Source: Piromyces finnis finn (Eukaryota; Fungi; Neocallimastigomycota). From it: DNA of 64,000 nt. The position numbers were made by a program, and so were the translations under genes. The notes under the pieces are model-generated. The model was not told the origin of the DNA. It saw only the letters and a program-made list of their open reading frames with translations, and ran no database searches. This document shows, piece by piece, positions 58,487-64,000 of the stretch. The first letter of the stretch is position 1. Each line of letters starts with the position of its first letter. The stretch covers positions 310,001 to 374,000 of the forward strand of contig MCFH01000019.1 of NCBI GenBank assembly GCA_002104945.1. The letters run 5' to 3'.

Positions 58487-61400
58487 TTAATAATTATTCT
58501 TGGGAATATAAGACTTGTAGGGTGGTGCATTAAGATTATTTTGATTGTAATATAATGGATTAGAATTTGTAGTAGATGAGGTTGAATTATTATTTGGTGG
58601 TATATTCGATGAAGAAGGGGCAGAAGCCGGGGTATTAGTATTTGTCGCATTGATAAATGGGGCTTGATTAGCAGCAGAAGTAGGTGTAGATAACTTGATT
58701 GTTGAGGATGAGGATGATTGAAATATATTTGAAGAAGAATTGGATTTGGATAAATTAACAGAGGATGATAAATGATTCATTGATGAGGTATTGGATTTTT
58801 TTGAATTTCTAATACTTTGAAGAAAGGGTTGATTTTCAGGATTTGCCTTTTCCATTTTAATTGCTGCATCAATCTTACTCTTGTTATTATTTATCTTTCT
58901 CGAATCAGGTTTTATCACATTACTATGAATCATAAATAATAGTTCCTCCGCTTTATCTGATGAGAGATAGGCTTTATTATTAAACATATTCGATTGCATT
59001 GGGTTCATAGGCATCATAGGGTTCATTGGATTCATTGAGTTTATTGGGTTTATTGGATTCATTGATTTGTTAAGGGGAATATTATTAAAATTAGGTAAAG
59101 GTATCATAGTATGGAAATTAAAGGTTTGCATAATAAACCCTATAGCTTCTTTAATATCCATATATTTTTTTATCTGAAGATTTTTTTCACGTTGCTTTTC
59201 TTCTAGTATTAATCGTAATTTATTTCCTTCGGTTCTTTCTGATTGAATATCTTGTCTTAATCTCATCAAGGTTTGCTCTGAATATTTTATTTGCTCCTTT
59301 TTATCTTTAATATTTTTTGATGAATTAAGATAAGATTCTATTGGTGATACCGAATATACATTTGAAGTTGGATTTCCAGCTTTTATATAAAATTATTTAA
59401 AAAAAAAAATTAAAAATTTACTATTTCATTTATATTATACATATAAATTTAAACATATACACAAATATATATTATATAAATACTTTGCATAAACTGCTCT
59501 ATTGATCGTAATTCTTGTTTTTTATCTTTTAGTATTTTCATAAAAAAATCTATTTGTGGTTTCGATAATGGTTCTTCCCTACATTCATAAATTATAAATA
59601 ATTAAATGTATTATTTTTGTTAAATAAAAATCATTACCATTAATATTGATATATATTTTACTTTTAATATTTATATCATAATACTTAATTATTAAATCTA
59701 TTAAGCATATATTTACTTTTTAATTATTGTTTTAATCAAGTTTTTAAATTTCTGGGATTGTGTTATTGGTGGACATTCACCCTTTATTATTAACATTTTT
59801 AAAAAGAAGGTTGTTAATAATATTATAGATAGATGGATATTGTAAATAGAATTTCAAATTATTTCCAATCTATTAATTTCTATTTTTACCTCTTCTAATT
59901 TTAGTTTCTTTTCTGAACTATTGGTATCTTTATTCTTTAAAGAATTTGAAGTGAGGGTGCGTTTATTCTTTTCTCCAGAATCCTTTGTTAATGATCTCTT
60001 TCTTTTATTACTATAATTATCAATATCTATGACATCTTTTTGATTTTCTTTTGATTCTTCATCTATTATTTGGTTTTAATAAAACATAAAAAAAAAAAAA
60101 AGTAGCATAGATATCATTATGATTAATATATAATTATATTTATGTTTTAATAACAACCATTATTTAATATTTTAAATAATGTCATGGTTATCGTTATAAT
60201 TCAAATATATTTCTTACCTGATTTTTCATCACTTCCTTGTTGATTCTTTTTACGTTTAGTTCTTTTATTGCTGCCTTCCATATGATTTTTGCAAGTTAAT
60301 TTTTGTTTCCAAAATGCACTTGAGGTATATTCATAGCTTAAAGCACAGGTAACATGAATGAAACTTTTTTTTTTTTAAAAAAAAAGAGGGAGTATAGTAT
60401 AGTATATTATAGTATAATATAATATAATAAAATATAATATATATAATATATATAATGTAATATAATATTAATTCGTAAATCTTGAAAAATTTCAACATTA
60501 TTTATAGAATTATTATAAGAAATGATTCTTTTATATTTTACTTTTCACATTGTGTTGGATTTTTTGAGCAGCAACGAATTGTAAACCCTTCTTTTGAATT
60601 ACATATACTACAACTGTGTTCTCCTGCAATACATTTATCAATATTATAACATTTATCTTTATCGTATTTATCTATATTTGAATTCCAAAAAGCACATTCT
60701 ACATGTATATATTCATCCGATTTATTTGTACGTCTAAAAGCACCTTCTTTTTTTGGGCAACATATAATTTTCTTTAGAGTAATAGAATAGAATAATAATA
60801 GCAATGTATATTAATAAATATGGTAAAATTTTATGGATTTTTTTTTTTTTTTTTTACATATAAAAACTTACTGTTTTATTAGTTTTAACATGATCTGCAC
60901 ATCTGTAGTAACAACATTAAATTAATTTAGAAATTCATTTTTAAAACTTTTTTTTTAATTTCATTTGTCGTTTAAAAAATTTATATTTTTATTTTAAATT
61001 CTATTGTAATATATACCTATCGCAAAACCAAGATTCCTTCCCTGGAGGGACTACATTAATCCCATAACATTCTAAATTCATTATTGAAATTATTTTAATT
61101 ATTTATTCCTTTTTTTTTTTATTCTACTTTTATATATATATTTATTTTCAAATACAATAATAATAATAAATACATTTACTTACTTTGATGTACAGGTATA
61201 TCACAACCTATTAATTTTTAATTAATTGAATAATATACAAATACACATATATGAATGAGTCATCCATTTCAAAAAATGAAAAAAATTTTTATATAAAATT
61301 ATGATTTAATACCCTTCCCATCACACAATACTATTTGATTTTTTTTTGTTGAGTAGCCATTATTACATATAATACAAACCGTCTTTCATTTTGTAAATAA

Positions 61401-61582
61401 TAAAAATAATGTATTTTATTTTTTTTTTTTTTTAAAAAAAAAGATATTATATCATTATTAATTGCTATTAAAAGTTTCATTCTTTTTTTTTTTTACTATC
61501 ATTATTTTAATTATAGAAATAGTAATGTTATATATACCTCATCAGACTCATCCTCTGAATAGTCTGCTGCTTTTTTTGACAT
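58487..61582 (-). CDS. PHD-zinc knuckle-PHD (PZP) chromatin reader, AF10/BRPF/Jade/NTO1-like, multi-exon
   Basis: Exons read MSKKAADYSEDESDE, CIICNNGYSTKKNQIVLCDG, GCDIPVHQ, ECYGINVVPPGKESWFCD, CCPKKEGAFRRT..YIHVECAFW, CSICNSKEGFTIRC and SFHVTCA. Coiled-coil and Asn/Ser-rich C-terminus. Confidence 0.8.
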
Positions 61583-64000
61583 TTTATATTTTATTATCTA
61601 TTTTTACACTTTTGAATGTATTTAATATATTATTTGTCTGTTATTTTGTCTATATTAGTTAATTTAACTTATAATATTATATAATATTATACATTTCTCT
61701 GAATTATATTCATATATAACTATTTTTATTTTTGCTATATTATTGTTTCTTTCATATACTTTGAAAGAAAATTATAAAAGAAAAAGAAAAACTAAAATAA
61801 TACTTTTTTTATATATTATGTGTAACTAATATTTGTTGTAAATATTAATTCTTTATTGCTATCTATTTTTTATATAATTATTTTTATTCTGTTATATTTT
61901 ATACTTTTTTTTTATTATTATCTTTACAAATAATAGCAACTTTAAACTTTTTATTTGTTAAATAATATCGAAAAGTTAAAGTTTAGAAAGTGATAATGAT
62001 ATGAAATAATAATTATAGCAAAATAAAAATAAAATCAAAAATAATTCAGTAATATTATAATATCTTTAGAATTAGTCAACAATAACTTGTGTGTCTATAT
62101 CTTTAAAAGATGTATATGAAAACAAGGTCTATATATATATATATAAAGTAAAAAAAAAAAAAAGAATAAATTAATATCTATCAATTAAATTTTAATATTA
62201 TTAAATATAGATGATATAGTAAAAGATGAATCATTATCATTATCAATAATAATAATAATAATAGTAATATTTAGTATACGATTAGGTATTATCATCAATC
62301 ATTACTATTATTATTACTATTATTTCTTTATTACCACCACCATCATTACCACCACCATTTTATTTTATTCCTATTAATTAGTGGTTCATTTATTAAAAAA
62401 TTTTTAATATACTTTTAATACTATTTTATATAAAAAAGTATAAAAACTAAAAAATTAAATTTTTATATTTATTTAATATATTAAAATATAAAAATTTTTT
62501 AATTAATAAAATGGGAATTTTTTTTTAAAAAAAAAAAAAAATTTATAGCAATCATAGTGGTAATGCTTTGATGGCAGTAGTAAAAAGTAGGGAAAATAAA
62601 ATTTTTATTATCAATTGAATAATTGAAAGTTTTAATTTTTTTTATTTCTCCTACTTTTTTTAAGCTACTTTTTTTTTTTTTACCTTTAAAAAATGGTTTA
62701 TTAAAAAAAATTAAAAAAATTTCCTTATCCCCTACTTCCAAAATAAAAAGATGAAAAAAAAAAAGAAAAAATAAAAAATTAAAAATTTTTAAAATAAAAT
62801 GAAACAAATTAAATTTTAAAGTTTCTATTATTTTGAACATTTTGATTGGTCAGTTGATACGTTGTTCGATTTTAACGTAGTTAAATAATGTAATTAAATT
62901 TTGAATTTTAACCTTTTATGGTTCGTTGGTGAAACTTTAATAAATAATAATTTATAGTAGATAAAAAGGTATATTTTTACCTTTAACAAAGGGACTATTC
63001 ACAAGGTTTTAAAACATAGTTATAAATGTATAAACTATTGTATACACTGTATACATTGTATACAAATGGAAATGAATAACTATTCTATTATATTAATGTG
63101 TAGAGAAGGATTTTCTATATAATAATTATAATATAAATGAAACCCTTTACCAATTATATATTTAGTTGTATTAAACTGTTTTGCATCAAATTGTTTATTC
63201 ATTCTTTTATGTATAGTAATGAAAGTTTATATAGAATAATAATAATAAAAACATTAAAATATAAAGTTAAAAAGTTTAAATTTTTATTATTATCAAAATA
63301 AAGTTTTAAAAAGCTTTCTATAAAAATTTTTTTAAATGTGAAAAATCTTAAGAAACTTGTTTTATTAGTATTATTGAGTTTCCATAAAGGGAGAAAACTC
63401 TAAAAAAACCTTTTTCAAATTAGATAGAATAGAATAGTAAAAATGATAAAAAAAAAGATTTCCTCATAGACATCCTCATCTTGATTATTTTTAAATAGCA
63501 TAATTCAAATATTCATATATAAATAAATGATATAAAAAAATAATTGTTATTGTGGATTTTGTATATTTGATTCTACTGATTACTATACATTCAAATGGTA
63601 AAACTTTTTACATAGTTTAATACTTTTTATAGTTTAATAAATTATAAAATATTATATTGAATAGGATAAAAAGGCATTATTGTGTATCCTATTATCAAAA
63701 TTAAAAAAAAAAAGATGATATATAATAAAATCAAATCATAAATAAATTTAGAGTTCTATAAATCCATGTATTTAATATTTTTCAAATTTCTTTTATTTAG
63801 TATAAAAAAGACCTATTAGTATTTTTAAAAAGTAGAAATAATGGTATAAAAAAGGTTGATTAAATGGGATGAAATAGTATGGTCTATATTATTTCATGAT
63901 GATTTTATTCATTGAATATATAAGTAAAGTCAAACATAAAGTAATAAATAACATTAAAATAAGAATTTTTACATACTAAATGATTAAAAAATAGTCTTAT

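Overview
Very AT-rich, intron-dense eukaryotic DNA. The composition, short AT-rich GT-AG introns and a Cys-patterned secreted family point to an anaerobic gut fungus (Neocallimastigomycota); this is inference. Most of the window is housekeeping genes: BUB1-type kinase, CFD1, RPB4, WDR82/SWD2, a CDF zinc transporter, dUTPase, TAF4, SIW14-type phosphatase, SQT1/AAMP, spermidine synthase and a PZP chromatin reader. There is also a degenerate ABC protein, a claudin-like tetraspan and several pseudogenes. The most interesting content is a linked set of retroelements. (1) A 5.6 kb insertion bounded by a 31-bp TSD holds an intact single-ORF APE-RT LINE. Its 5' end is joined to a copy of the 5' region and exon 1 of the SIW14 gene 8 kb upstream, ending exactly at that exon's splice donor, and a second truncated LINE copy is nested in the captured exon. 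(2) Two ~530-nt GC-rich poly(A)-tailed SINE-like elements lie head-to-head, each with its own TSD. They share a head ending in a perfect U1-complementary splice donor. One shares a 44-nt 3' segment with the LINE, including a covarying hairpin. All protein assignments are by motif recognition; no database searches were run.
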